A DNA stretch of 64,000 bases, taken from the NCBI GenBank assembly GCA_944381275.1, contig CALWKO010000004.1, positions 5,100-69,099 of the forward strand, read 5' to 3'. The number at the start of each line of letters is the position of its first letter. Position 1 is the stretch's first letter. Below the pieces are notes generated by a model. The model was not told the origin of the DNA. It saw only the letters and a list, made by a program, of their open reading frames with translations, and did no database searches. Origin of the DNA: an uncultured Clostridia bacterium (GTDB lineage Bacteria > Bacillota > Clostridia > Christensenellales > UBA3700). Positions 46,022 to 56,036 of the stretch are shown here, in pieces. Made by a program: the position numbers and the translations under genes.

Positions 46022-46783
46022 TTAAAACCCGTAATACCGCCGCGTGTTCTCCACGGTCAGCTTTTCCGCCTCATCCATAGTCATGTTTAAAATTTGCGCC
46101 GCCTTCTCCGCCACATACTTCACATATGCCGGGCGGTTCACCTGCCCGCGGAAGGGTACGGGGGTCATGTAAGGGCAGTCCGTTTCAAGCAACAGTCTGT
46201 CCTTGGGTACGGCGCGGACGACGTCGTCCTTTTTCGCATTTTTGAAGGTTATCACGCCGCCAAAGGCAAAGTAGGGGTCGCACAGGTCGGTGAACCTCTC
46301 CGCCATCTCGCGGCTGCCCGAATAACAATGCAGCAGCACTCCGCTGCCCAGCAGCTCTTTGCACTCCTTCATTATGTCAAAGGCGTCCCCGTAGGCGTCG
46401 CGTATGTGCAGATTTACGGGCTTTTTCGCCTTATGCGCCATCTCCAGCTGGGCGATGAACACCTTCTTCTGCACCTTGCGCGGAGCTATCTCGTAATAGT
46501 AATCGAGTCCTATCTCGCCCACCGCCACCGTCTTGGGCAGCGCGCACAGGCGGAGATATTCTTCTATATGCCCCCTTTCAAAGCCGCCCGCCTCTTCCGG
46601 ATGGCAGCCCACGGCGCAATACACGCGCTCGTGCCCCTCCGCAAGCGCGGAAGCGCGGTAAGAAGAACTCAGGTCAAAGCCGTTTTCCACCACGGCGAGC
46701 AAGCCGTCTTCCGGCATGCGCGCTATCTCTTCTTCCGCATTCAGCCGCTCGTCGAGCAAGTGGCAATGACTGTCTATCAGCAT
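46022..46783 (-). CDS. tatD: TatD-family metal-dependent hydrolase/DNase
   Basis: The N-terminus is LIDSHCHL. It also has GEIGLDYYY, NLHIRDA and LLETDCPY. Confidence 0.9.
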   Translation of the reverse strand: MLIDSHCHLLDERLNAEEEIARMPEDGLLAVVENGFDLSSSYRASALAEGHERVYCAVGCHPEEAGGFERGHIEEYLRLCALPKTVAVGEIGLDYYYEIAPRKVQKKVFIAQLEMAHKAKKPVNLHIRDAYGDAFDIMKECKELLGSGVLLHCYSGSREMAERFTDLCDPYFAFGGVITFKNAKKDDVVRAVPKDRLLLETDCPYMTPVPFRGQVNRPAYVKYVAEKAAQILNMTMDEAEKLTVENTRRYYGF

Positions 46784-46784
46784 A

Positions 46785-48746
46785 TTAGGAAATATCGCTG
46801 CCGGCGGGCATGTCCCCCTCCGGTTTGAGCAGGGTCAAATTGCCGTCCTTATCCTGCGCGCACAGCAGCATGCCCTGCGAGAGGATGCCGCGCAGCTTTA
46901 CCGGCTTTAAGTTGGCAACGACCACCACTTTTTTGCCCACCATCTGTTCGGGGGTGTAATACTTGGCTATGCCGCTCACTATCGTGCGCGGTTTTTCCTC
47001 GCCCAAATCCACGGTGGAGCAGAGCAATTTATCCGCCTTTTCCACCTTTTTGCAATCGAGGATGACGCCCACTTTAAGCTGCACTTTGCCAAAGTCTTCT
47101 ATGCCTATTTCGGGGGTTTCTTCCTGCTTTTGAGCGGGTTTTTCCGCCCCTGCCCCTTCTTTTTTCTCCTTTTCCTTGGCGAGCTCTTCGGCTATCTTCT
47201 CCAGCTCCTTGAGCTCCTTTTCCACGTCCAATCTGTTAAAAAGGTGCGCGCCCTTGTCCACCTTTCCTCCGCTGCTCATGGGGCAAGAGAGGGACTTAAA
47301 GGTGCGCTCGCTCTCCTTCACGCCCAGCTTTTGCAAGATCTTTTCCGCCGTTTCGGGCAAGAAAGCCTGCAGCACCACCGCGCAGGTGCGGATGGCGTTT
47401 GCCAGGTTGAAGAGCACGCTTGAAAGGCGCACTTTGCCCTCCTCGCTCGCGCCCAGCGTCCAGGGCGCGGTTTCGTCGATATACTTGTTCGCGCGGTGAA
47501 GCACTTCCCACACGGCGTCCATGGCGGTGGTGACGTTGGGCTTTTTCAGCTCCGCCCTCACCTTGGCAAGCAGACCCGCGGTGAGCGATTTAAGCTCGCC
47601 GTCCTCGCCCTCATTGTCGCCCGCGGGCGCGGGGACTTGACCAAAGTACTTATCTATCATCGCCGTGGTGCGTGATACCAAGTTGCCCAGCGTGTTTGCA
47701 AGGTCGGAGTTATAAGAGCGCACGAGCATCTCGTTGCTGTATTCGCCGTCCTCGCCGAAGGGCACGATGTGCAGGATATAATAGCGCAGAGTGTCCACCC
47801 CGTATCTGTCGCTGAGGATGAAGGGGTCCACCACATTGCCCTTGGATTTGCTCATCTTGCCACCGTCGAACATTATCCAGCCGTGCCCGAACACCTTTTT
47901 AGGCAGGGGCAGATCGAGCGCGGTCAAGAACGCCGGCCATATGACGGAGTGGAACCTGACTATCTCCTTTGCCATCATATGCACGTCCGCGGGCCAATAC
48001 TTTTTGAACAGTTCGTCGTCCTCGCCCATATATCCCAGGGCGGTGACGTAGTTAAAGAGCGCGTCCAGCCACACATATATGACGTGCTTGGGGTCGAAGG
48101 GTACCTTTACGCCCCAGTCGAAGGACGTGCGCGAAACGCACAGATCTTGAAGTCCCGGCTTTACGAAGTTGTTGAGCATCTCCTTGCGGCGGGACACGGG
48201 CATGAGGAAGTCGCCCTCGGTGAGCAGTTTTTCTATCACGTCTTGATACTTGCTCAGGCGGAAGAAGTAACTTTCCTCGCGCGCGGTCTGCACTTCCCTG
48301 CCGCAGTCGGGGCACTTGCCGTCCACAAGCTGGCTCTTGGTCCAGAAGGATTCGCAGGGCACGCAGTACATACCCTCGTACTCGCTCTTGTAGATGTCGC
48401 CCTTGTCGTATAATTTTTTGAATATCTTCTGAATCGCCTTTTCGTGATATTCGTCCGTGGTGCGGATGAACTTGTCGTAGGTGATGTCAAGGCGCTTCCA
48501 CAGCCTTTTCAGGTCGTCCACCAGCTTGTCCACATACTGCTTGGGCGTGACCCCCGCCGCCGCCGCCGCGCGCTGGATCTTCTGCCCGTGTTCGTCCGTA
48601 CCCGTGAGGAAGAACACGTCCTTCCCGTCCAGGCGGTTGAACCGCGCCAAAGCGTCGCACACAACGGTGGTATAGCAGGTGCCGATGTGCCACTTGCCGC
48701 TGGGGTAATATATGGGTGTGGTGATATAATACTTTTCTCTTTCCAT
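46785..48746 (-). CDS. metG: methionyl-tRNA synthetase with a C-terminal tRNA-binding (EMAP/Trbp111-like) domain
   Basis: It has TTPIYYPSGKWHIGT (HIGH region), the Zn knuckle CPDCG and KMSKSKGN. The C-terminal OB-fold is VGVILDCKKVEKADKLL. Confidence 0.93.
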   Translation of the reverse strand: MEREKYYITTPIYYPSGKWHIGTCYTTVVCDALARFNRLDGKDVFFLTGTDEHGQKIQRAAAAAGVTPKQYVDKLVDDLKRLWKRLDITYDKFIRTTDEYHEKAIQKIFKKLYDKGDIYKSEYEGMYCVPCESFWTKSQLVDGKCPDCGREVQTAREESYFFRLSKYQDVIEKLLTEGDFLMPVSRRKEMLNNFVKPGLQDLCVSRTSFDWGVKVPFDPKHVIYVWLDALFNYVTALGYMGEDDELFKKYWPADVHMMAKEIVRFHSVIWPAFLTALDLPLPKKVFGHGWIMFDGGKMSKSKGNVVDPFILSDRYGVDTLRYYILHIVPFGEDGEYSNEMLVRSYNSDLANTLGNLVSRTTAMIDKYFGQVPAPAGDNEGEDGELKSLTAGLLAKVRAELKKPNVTTAMDAVWEVLHRANKYIDETAPWTLGASEEGKVRLSSVLFNLANAIRTCAVVLQAFLPETAEKILQKLGVKESERTFKSLSCPMSSGGKVDKGAHLFNRLDVEKELKELEKIAEELAKEKEKKEGAGAEKPAQKQEETPEIGIEDFGKVQLKVGVILDCKKVEKADKLLCSTVDLGEEKPRTIVSGIAKYYTPEQMVGKKVVVVANLKPVKLRGILSQGMLLCAQDKDGNLTLLKPEGDMPAGSDIS

Positions 48747-48749
48747 TTC

Positions 48750-50441
48750 TTATGCCGTGTAGGCGGTTATATATGTCGAAAGTCCGCCCGATTCCATGAA
48801 CTTGGGCAGGGGCTTGGTTATGGTCACCGTCTTGGTGTTGTCGGAAGGATCGGTGACGGTATACGTCTTTTCCTCTTCGTTGTAGGCGTAATTTGCGTCC
48901 GTGCAGCCCTCATCGCCCGGGGTCCAATAGCCGGAAGCCACCGTACCGGAGAGCATCCACTCGCCGCCCTCCTGCGCATAGTTGAGGGAGCTGAGCGCCG
49001 CCACGGAGGTGTAGTCGCCCGTGATGCCGTTCATATAGAAGAAGTAGGTCACGCTCGCCCCGTCCACCGTGCGGGTGATGAGGGACGCGGAGATGTAGTC
49101 CACATACACGGTATCGGTGGTGTTGTCGATCACCTTGCCCAGCGCCTGCTCGGTATCTAAGTTGAACTTGTAAAGGGCGTTGGATACGGTGTAGTACATA
49201 TACTTGCCCGCAACGTTGTTGTTGGTGGCGTTGGCCTCTTCGTCCCTCACCGCGATGATGGTGGGAGAGCCCTCGAGCGCCTGCTGGGTGCCGTCCTCAT
49301 CCGTGCCTATCTTGACGGTAGCGGGAGCACCGTTATTGTTGTAGTAGCGGTTGATGTTGGAACTGCTCACGTTGAGCGCGCCGTATTCGTAGCTGACCGC
49401 CTCCAGGGAAGAGAGGGCGGAAGAAGCGATTATCTTCTCGTTTGCCGCATTCAAGATTGCGCCCTCGCCGCTTGCTATCATATCGGGAGTTACGAGATAC
49501 GAAGCGGTTACCGCCTTGGCGTTGGAAGCGGAAGACGAGCCGGGAGTGCGCGAGTAGAAGAGCGCCACGCCCGTTTCCTCTATCGAATAGTCGAGCAGAG
49601 ATACGGTGAACTGATATTGCGCAGCCACGCTCGCGCCCTCGGGCACGAAGGTGGTGTTATCTATGAGCAATACGGAAGTGCCCGCATAGTTGCACGCGTA
49701 CACCCTGTTGCCGTAGAGCACTGCGGAGTTTTCCGAATCGGCGGCTTTGGTATAGAAGAACATATCGCTCACCCTGTCCTTGCCGTAGGAATATTCGCCG
49801 TCCTTTACGAAAGTGACGCCGGTGACTTCCTCCGCTACCACCGTCTTTTCGCCGATGGCGCTGTCGTTATAAGCTACCTTGACTATCTGCGAATTTGCGG
49901 TGTCGTAGTAGAAGAGCGCTTCATCGGTGTAGATATACTGATAGGTGTTCGCCGCCAGCTTGGTGATGAGCTGGGTTTGAGTGCCGTCCGTCCTCGTGCG
50001 GTAGAAGTCCTGCTGCGAGGTGAGAATGGTGCCGTCCGACTGAGTATCGGTGGACGGGGACGTATAGTATATCCAATTGCCGAAGACGTAAAGTCCGCCG
50101 TTAGACTGACCGTTGTAGAACATTTTGGGCACGACCACCGCCGCGTCCTTCACGCTGCCGTCGGCGGCAAGGGTGCCCTTCATTATGCTGCCCTTGTAAC
50201 CCGCCTGACCGAACCAGTTGATCTCCGCTTCGGTGATGGTGGTGAGGTCGCCTTCGCCGTTGACGAAGTACACGGTGTTGCCCTGAGCGACAGCCACGCT
50301 GCCGTTGCCGGACACCTGAGCTTCGGGGTCGGCGGAACCGACGGGTCCCCAGGTATAATCCTGACCGCATGCCGCGAGCACGCCGACGGCGGCTATTGCC
50401 ACAACCAGAACGATAAGCGCAAGTTTTGCAATTCTTTTCAT
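48750..50441 (-). CDS. lipoprotein, DUF5050-like beta-propeller (hypothetical)
   Basis: It has a signal peptide with lipobox LAAC and repeated YFVNG/WIYYT/LFYY-type blades. AGGAG RBS is present. Confidence 0.75.
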   Translation of the reverse strand: MKRIAKLALIVLVVAIAAVGVLAACGQDYTWGPVGSADPEAQVSGNGSVAVAQGNTVYFVNGEGDLTTITEAEINWFGQAGYKGSIMKGTLAADGSVKDAAVVVPKMFYNGQSNGGLYVFGNWIYYTSPSTDTQSDGTILTSQQDFYRTRTDGTQTQLITKLAANTYQYIYTDEALFYYDTANSQIVKVAYNDSAIGEKTVVAEEVTGVTFVKDGEYSYGKDRVSDMFFYTKAADSENSAVLYGNRVYACNYAGTSVLLIDNTTFVPEGASVAAQYQFTVSLLDYSIEETGVALFYSRTPGSSSASNAKAVTASYLVTPDMIASGEGAILNAANEKIIASSALSSLEAVSYEYGALNVSSSNINRYYNNNGAPATVKIGTDEDGTQQALEGSPTIIAVRDEEANATNNNVAGKYMYYTVSNALYKFNLDTEQALGKVIDNTTDTVYVDYISASLITRTVDGASVTYFFYMNGITGDYTSVAALSSLNYAQEGGEWMLSGTVASGYWTPGDEGCTDANYAYNEEEKTYTVTDPSDNTKTVTITKPLPKFMESGGLSTYITAYTA

Positions 50442-50484
50442 ATCTGACTCCTATATTAGGTCGTTTTGCTTTAACGCACATAAT

Positions 50485-50513
50485 ATTATAATATAAATGC
50501 GCGCATATTGCAA
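50485..50513 (-). promoter_or_regulatory. candidate sigma-A promoter of the lipoprotein-metG-tatD-rsmA operon
   Basis: On the minus strand it reads TTGCAA, a 17-nt spacer, then TATAAT. It lies about 45 nt upstream of ATG 50441. Confidence 0.55.
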
Positions 50514-50704
50514 ATACTTTTTAATACTTGACTTACGCGCGCCTTTTTATCAAAGCGCGCATTTTATAAAAAATTGCCGTGAAAACGCGTGAAAAAACTG
50601 TTTTATACCCGCCCTAGCAATTCAATTTTCTCTTTTAATCTGTTTATGTGAAAAGTTTGTAAACGCCTTTGCGCAGGCATGTTTTTAATGCCGCAGCCGC
50701 TTTT

Positions 50705-51208
50705 TTATTGCAAAACGCCCAATTTTGAGGGGACGTGGAAGGTTTCGCACAGGGTGGGGAACGCCGCGTAGAGCAGGCAGGGGGCGTGCTCTCCTGCCCT
50801 TTCTATCCTGAACGCGTTGAAGCGGGATATGCCTAAGGCGTATTCGGTGGGGATAAAGGCGTGCACGAAGTAATCCTTACCCTCTTTTTTCACCGTATGG
50901 GGGATATTGGGGTCGAGCATTTGGGTGAGGCGCTGCCCGTCCTTATGGGTTATTCTGCCCGCCCACACGAGCCCGTTGGGGGAAAATTCGTATTCCAGGT
51001 ATTCGTTTACGTCACCCGTAGGGGAAAAGAATATCTCCACTACGCAGCCGTCGTAGAGGGGGTCGTTGTCCTTTTTAAAGGGGGAATAAAAGCAGCTGTC
51101 ATAGGCGGAATAATCCAGGCTTATGCCGCCCTTTTCAAGCGTTATTTCAAGGGCAGTCTTTCTGTCCGCCTTTTCGCCGCTGTTGGCATATAGAGTATAT
51201 TTCATCAC
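50705..51208 (-). CDS. carbohydrate-binding family 9 (CBM9/DOMON)-like protein
   Basis: DGCVVEIFFSPTGDVNEYLEYEFSPNG matches the D.VEvF..P......YyEfe.nP.G pattern of CBM9-like domains. The start overlaps the capD-like stop by 4 nt. Confidence 0.55.
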   Translation of the reverse strand: MMKYTLYANSGEKADRKTALEITLEKGGISLDYSAYDSCFYSPFKKDNDPLYDGCVVEIFFSPTGDVNEYLEYEFSPNGLVWAGRITHKDGQRLTQMLDPNIPHTVKKEGKDYFVHAFIPTEYALGISRFNAFRIERAGEHAPCLLYAAFPTLCETFHVPSKLGVLQ

Positions 51209-53346
51209 TTGCCGCCCTTTTCTTCCTTCTTTTTTGAAGCGGATTTTTCCGCCTTTTTATCCGTCTTTTTCTCCGCTTTTTTATCCGCTTTTTTCTCGCC
51301 CTTCTTCTCTTCTTTTTTCGCCTTGGGCTTCTTCTTTTCCCCTTCTTCGGGTGCGGTTACGGGCTTGCTGCCTATCACGCCCTGCGTAGCCTTTTCACCG
51401 GAGGCGACCACCTTGCCCGTGCCGCTTATCGCGCGCAGGTAGGACTTGTCGTGATTGAAGGTGGGCACGAGCACTTTGAGCTGTTCCACCACCGCTTCCT
51501 TGTCGTTGGTGGCACAAATCTGCCTCATCTTCTCCAACTGAGTCATGAGCCACGGCTTGTCGATGGTCACCTGCTTGCCGATGAAGATCTTTTCGTTGGG
51601 CGTCTTTTGCAAGCCCTCTTCCTTCATGAGCAGCTCTTCAAAGAGCTTTTCGCCAGGGCGCAGACCGGTGAACTTTATCTCGATGTCCTTATAGGGGGTG
51701 TAGCCCATCATGGTGATGAGGTTTTCCGCAAGCGTGAGTATCTTGACCGGTTCGCCCATGTTGAGGATGAAGATCTCGCCGCCCTTGGCGAAAGTGCCCG
51801 CTTGAAGCACCAAACTCACCGCCTCCGGTATGGTCATGAAGTAACGGATGATATCGGGGTGGGTGACGGTGACGGGTCCGCCGTTCTTGATCTGCTCCTT
51901 AAAGAGCGGAATGACCGAACCGTTGGAGCCGAGCACGTTGCCGAAGCGCACCGCGGCGAACTCCGTCTTGCTGCCCGACTGCGCCATCATCTGCACTATC
52001 TCTTCACAGCAGCGCTTGGTGGCGCCCATCACGTTGGTGGGATTAACGGCTTTATCGGTGGAGATCATGACGAACTTCTCCACGCCGTGCTTGTCCGCCA
52101 TCTGCGCCACGTTCAAAGTGCCGAAGATGTTGTTCTTGCACGCTTCTTCCGGGTTGGTTTCCATGAGCGGGACGTGCTTGTGCGCCGCCGCGTGGAAGAC
52201 TATCTTGGGCTGATGTTCGGTGAACAGCTCGTCCATCTTGTCCCTGTCCGTGATAGAGGCTATCTCCACCCTAATGGGGTAATCCGCGCCGTATGTGCGC
52301 AGTATCTCCTGCTGAATTTCGTAGGCGGTGTTCTCGTAGACGTCCACGATAACCACCTTGGCGGAGTTGTACTTGACTATCTGCCTTACGAGCTCGGAAC
52401 CGATCGAGCCGCCGCCGCCCGTTATCATGCACACCTTGCCCTCGATGTAGGCGGCAACGCCCTTGTCGGTAAAGGCTATCTGAGGGCGGCCGAGCAGGTC
52501 GCCTATGTTGATGTCACGGATTTGGCTGACCATATCCGCCGTGCCCACCAGCTCGCTGATGTAAGGCAGCACCTTCACCTGGCAGCCCGTGGACATACAG
52601 GTGGCGAGCATGCTCTTGCGCGCCTGCGCGCTTATAGAAGGTATGGCGAAGATTATCGTGGATATGGAATATTTGGTGACCAGGCGGGGAATTTCCTGCG
52701 TGGTGCCGACTATGGGCACACTGTCGATGACTCTGCCCTGCTTTTCGATATCGTCGTCCACCAGGCAGACGGGGATGTATATACTGTTTTTACGGCTGAG
52801 TTCTTCCACCACCGTGCTGCCCGTACTGCCCGCGCCCACTATCATGGTGCGCTTGCGGTCGGACATCTTAATCTTGGGGGTCCAATAGGAATAGAGCATC
52901 TCGTAAATGAGGTGCATCACCGCCACGGACATAGAGGTGGAAAACGCCATTACTATATACACGGGGAAGCCGCGGTAGACGTCGCCCACGATAAATTCCT
53001 TGGACGAAATAAAGTGCGCCAGCTGATCCACGCCCGTAAAGAGCAGTGTGCCGCATAGGCAGGCGAGCACTATGCGCATATATTCCTTCACGCGCGCAAA
53101 GCGCCACACCACCTTGAATACCTTGAAGAGTACGAAGAATAAGAAAAAGCATACCACCACTACGGGGGTGCTTATGAGGACGGACAGCACATATTCGCTG
53201 CCGTGCATATCCACCACATAGGACTGCGTGAGCAGAGCGGTGGCGAAGAACACCGCCGCTACCATAAACATATCCGCCGCCGCGAGCACCCACTCGCGCA
53301 GCGTACGCATGGAATAAGACTTTAAGTCTATCTTCTTTTTACCCAT
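51205..53346 (-). CDS. membrane-bound polysaccharide biosynthesis dehydratase (CapD/PglF/WbpM-like) with a Lys-rich C-terminal tail
   Basis: It has 4 N-terminal TM helices, a first Rossmann domain IVGAGSTG and an SDR core ITGGGGSIGSEL...ISTDKAV...YGATK-like MGATKR. The tail is EKKKPKAKKEEKKGEKKADKK... Confidence 0.88.
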   Translation of the reverse strand: MGKKKIDLKSYSMRTLREWVLAAADMFMVAAVFFATALLTQSYVVDMHGSEYVLSVLISTPVVVVCFFLFFVLFKVFKVVWRFARVKEYMRIVLACLCGTLLFTGVDQLAHFISSKEFIVGDVYRGFPVYIVMAFSTSMSVAVMHLIYEMLYSYWTPKIKMSDRKRTMIVGAGSTGSTVVEELSRKNSIYIPVCLVDDDIEKQGRVIDSVPIVGTTQEIPRLVTKYSISTIIFAIPSISAQARKSMLATCMSTGCQVKVLPYISELVGTADMVSQIRDINIGDLLGRPQIAFTDKGVAAYIEGKVCMITGGGGSIGSELVRQIVKYNSAKVVIVDVYENTAYEIQQEILRTYGADYPIRVEIASITDRDKMDELFTEHQPKIVFHAAAHKHVPLMETNPEEACKNNIFGTLNVAQMADKHGVEKFVMISTDKAVNPTNVMGATKRCCEEIVQMMAQSGSKTEFAAVRFGNVLGSNGSVIPLFKEQIKNGGPVTVTHPDIIRYFMTIPEAVSLVLQAGTFAKGGEIFILNMGEPVKILTLAENLITMMGYTPYKDIEIKFTGLRPGEKLFEELLMKEEGLQKTPNEKIFIGKQVTIDKPWLMTQLEKMRQICATNDKEAVVEQLKVLVPTFNHDKSYLRAISGTGKVVASGEKATQGVIGSKPVTAPEEGEKKKPKAKKEEKKGEKKADKKAEKKTDKKAEKSASKKKEEKGGK

Positions 53347-53367
53347 TACTCCCTGACTTGCTCTGTA

Positions 53368-54624
53368 TTATTTTTTGCGGGCGTTTTTCTTGCGCAAGAT
53401 GACCCCCTCTATATTGCGCCCTTGTCCTTTGTATTTTTCTTCAGATGCGGTGAGCTTTTTCACGGAATATCCCTCGTCCACCACCAGCGCGGTGTCATCC
53501 GCAAAGGAAGCGAGCAGTTCGCTGCGCGCGTCCGCCGCGGAATATCCCGAAACGATCACCCTCGCGTATTTTTCCTTCAGCTTTGCAAAGAGCTCGGCTA
53601 TCTGTTCGCGCTTGCCGTAAAGGTCCAAACCCCTGCCCGCGCAAAGAACGCCGTCCTTTATCACGTCCTCAAGTTCCTCTCCTTCAAGAACTTCCGCTAT
53701 GCCCTTTTCGTTTTCCTCGTCGAAATTCACATATACGGCGCTGCCCGACTGCATTTCGCGCGCCGCCCAGGCGGAGGCTATATCCCCCGCGCTCCTCATT
53801 ACGCCCATGACGTAAGTGACGCTGTCGTCCTTGCCCCTGACGATGGCGCTGTTGATGACCGCCTCGCCCAAGTTATTCTCGCCATCGTACACGGTGGCGA
53901 GCACGGGGTATTCCGTCTGCATGGTGATGTCCTCGGCATAGGTCACGCGCATAAACACCGCGCTCCAGATGAGCAGTATCACCACCGCGATCACAAAGCC
54001 GATGACTATGCCCAGCGCCGCGGACATGAGGATGGTTACCGCGCCGCCCGCTTCCATGTCGTACATCGCCTTTAAGTCTTCTTCCGAATTCTTATAGGTG
54101 AGCCGGACGGTATATCCCTCCGTTTCGCCGCTGCCGATAGCTTCGTTTATCTGCGTTTCCAAGCTGCTGAGCATGAGCACCGCGTCCTTGGCGCTGTCCG
54201 CGGATACGGTCACGGTCAAGGTGGTGTTGCTGTTGGTGAGCTCGAGCTTGATATTCTCCTTGAGCGCGCTCATGGTATATTCGTTATCCGCGCCCTCGAG
54301 CGAGTTATATACGTTGATATACGCCGTATTGGTCAAGGTATCCACCGCGCGGGCGACCGCCCTCTGCTGCTCGGCGAGCATGTAATTGAGCACTTCTTCC
54401 GCGCCCGCGGAGGAAGAATCTGCGCCGGGGTCATAAGAAAGCTGCGGATAGGAGATCGAAAAGCCCTCCTTTGCCTCATATTTGGCGGAGGTGCTGCCCG
54501 TAATCGAAACCACGCAGAATATCACCGCCGCAACGAGGGTGATGACGATGAGCGCCTTCCACTTCCTGAACACTTCAAGCGTCAGCTTTTTGGCGTCGTA
54601 TCTTACGCCCTTTTCTTCTTCCAT
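53368..54624 (-). CDS. Wzz-like chain-length determinant fused to a degenerate BY-kinase-like domain
   Basis: AAGGAG sits 6 nt before ATG 54624. The topology is TM, periplasmic coiled region, then TM. The C-terminal ~190 aa are colinear with CpsD-type kinases, but no GK[ST] motif occurs anywhere in the protein. Confidence 0.7.
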   Translation of the reverse strand: MEEEKGVRYDAKKLTLEVFRKWKALIVITLVAAVIFCVVSITGSTSAKYEAKEGFSISYPQLSYDPGADSSSAGAEEVLNYMLAEQQRAVARAVDTLTNTAYINVYNSLEGADNEYTMSALKENIKLELTNSNTTLTVTVSADSAKDAVLMLSSLETQINEAIGSGETEGYTVRLTYKNSEEDLKAMYDMEAGGAVTILMSAALGIVIGFVIAVVILLIWSAVFMRVTYAEDITMQTEYPVLATVYDGENNLGEAVINSAIVRGKDDSVTYVMGVMRSAGDIASAWAAREMQSGSAVYVNFDEENEKGIAEVLEGEELEDVIKDGVLCAGRGLDLYGKREQIAELFAKLKEKYARVIVSGYSAADARSELLASFADDTALVVDEGYSVKKLTASEEKYKGQGRNIEGVILRKKNARKK

Positions 54625-56033
54625 ACTTGTCTCCTTCTGCACAGCAATTGTTTGAGCGTTTCGCCCAAAGGTATCTCCCCTTTATCGTGCGCCCTATCCA
54701 ACTCGAAAAGCGCAAGCATCATATATATCACCGTCATGCAAGGCAGCCCGGTGAAAGTACTCGTGTTGATAAGCGAATATCCTTCAAACCCTATCATTGC
54801 GATAAAGAAGAATATCTTGGCGCGCTTTGCGCCGCAAAACACGGTGTAATAGCGCATGACATACACATATATCATAACGGCGAGCCCCGCCAGCCCCATG
54901 CTCCCCAACGTCTGAAAAACGGTGGAGTGGAATTGGTAGAAGCCCGATTCCGTGTGCAAGTGCTCCACAAGCCCCACATAGCCGAAGCCCGCCCCGAACA
55001 GAGGATTTTCCAAAAACTTGTCCATCGCCTCGATATAGAGGTAATCCCTGCCGGAAGACTGCAATTTATCGGAAAAGGTGTTGCCCATGATGAGCGAAAG
55101 CCTCTCCCAATAAAAGGTGAGCAGCAGCGCAACCGCGGTGAGCGCCGCGATGAGCACCGCCCAATAGAGCGGATTTTTCCTGTTATATACGGTGACGGCT
55201 ATCACCCCCGCCGCGAGCACGATTATCGTGAAGATGAGCGCTCCGCGCGAGTGGGCGTACAGCACGCACATAAATTGCACGCCGGTGAGCAGCGCATAGG
55301 GCAGTAAAAACTTCCACGATTTGCACATAAAGTAGAAGTTGAACGCCATGCACATCATGAGCACGGTGGGATAGACGTTGCTGTTGCCCCAACCGAGCCC
55401 GGGCACATAGCTGTTTGAAGCTATGTCTATTCCTTCCGCCCTCGCTCCGCCTATTACCGTTACGGCTTGCACGGCGGTGAGTATGCCCCAAATCACCATT
55501 ACGGAGGCGGCATAATCGCCCGGCCTGCACTTTACTTCCCCGTAAAGTTTGACGAAGATATACAGCGCAACGGGCATGACTCCCACATAGAGCACATTTA
55601 CAAGCGCGACAGTGCCGTCCTTTACCGCCGGGGAGAACAGCCCGCCCAGCGCCATTGCCGCCACAAGCAGGACGGAGGGCAGCAGATTGGTCTTTCTCCA
55701 CTCAAGTTTATTGCGCTTGTAACACGCCAGATGTATTATCAATCCCGCCACGATGGGCAGCGTTGCCAAGGCGTACTGCCACAATTCCCCCGGCATCTTG
55801 TTGATGTGCACCACGCAGGGCGCCATGGTCACAAAGGGGATCATGGGCACTATGTCGCGCACCAGGGCGAGGACGAGCCCGCCTATCACGCCCAAAACGG
55901 CTATGGCGGCGAGCAGATTTTCGCTCCACCAAAGCACATACGCCACTGCGGCGATCAAAATTATATACGGCTTGGAGTGCACAAAGTCGTCGAACTCTTC
56001 CCGTGCCCTCCTCACCGCGAGGGATGCGGTCAC
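54603..56033 (-). CDS. O-antigen ligase/polymerase (Wzy_C) family membrane protein
   Basis: It has about 11-12 TM helices and the loop motif YAHSRGALIF typical of the O-antigen ligase family. It uses a GTG start. Confidence 0.72.
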   Translation of the reverse strand: MTASLAVRRAREEFDDFVHSKPYIILIAAVAYVLWWSENLLAAIAVLGVIGGLVLALVRDIVPMIPFVTMAPCVVHINKMPGELWQYALATLPIVAGLIIHLACYKRNKLEWRKTNLLPSVLLVAAMALGGLFSPAVKDGTVALVNVLYVGVMPVALYIFVKLYGEVKCRPGDYAASVMVIWGILTAVQAVTVIGGARAEGIDIASNSYVPGLGWGNSNVYPTVLMMCMAFNFYFMCKSWKFLLPYALLTGVQFMCVLYAHSRGALIFTIIVLAAGVIAVTVYNRKNPLYWAVLIAALTAVALLLTFYWERLSLIMGNTFSDKLQSSGRDYLYIEAMDKFLENPLFGAGFGYVGLVEHLHTESGFYQFHSTVFQTLGSMGLAGLAVMIYVYVMRYYTVFCGAKRAKIFFFIAMIGFEGYSLINTSTFTGLPCMTVIYMMLALFELDRAHDKGEIPLGETLKQLLCRRRQVWKKKRA

Positions 56034-56036
56034 TTT

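Noticed and set aside
51209-51340. Cryptic DNA repeats (GCTTTTTTATCC / CTTTTTCTCC) that could be a regulatory repeat
   Set aside because: They are the antisense of the Lys/Glu/Ala-rich low-complexity tail (KKAEKK..) of the CapD-like protein. This is coding low-complexity sequence, not an independent feature.
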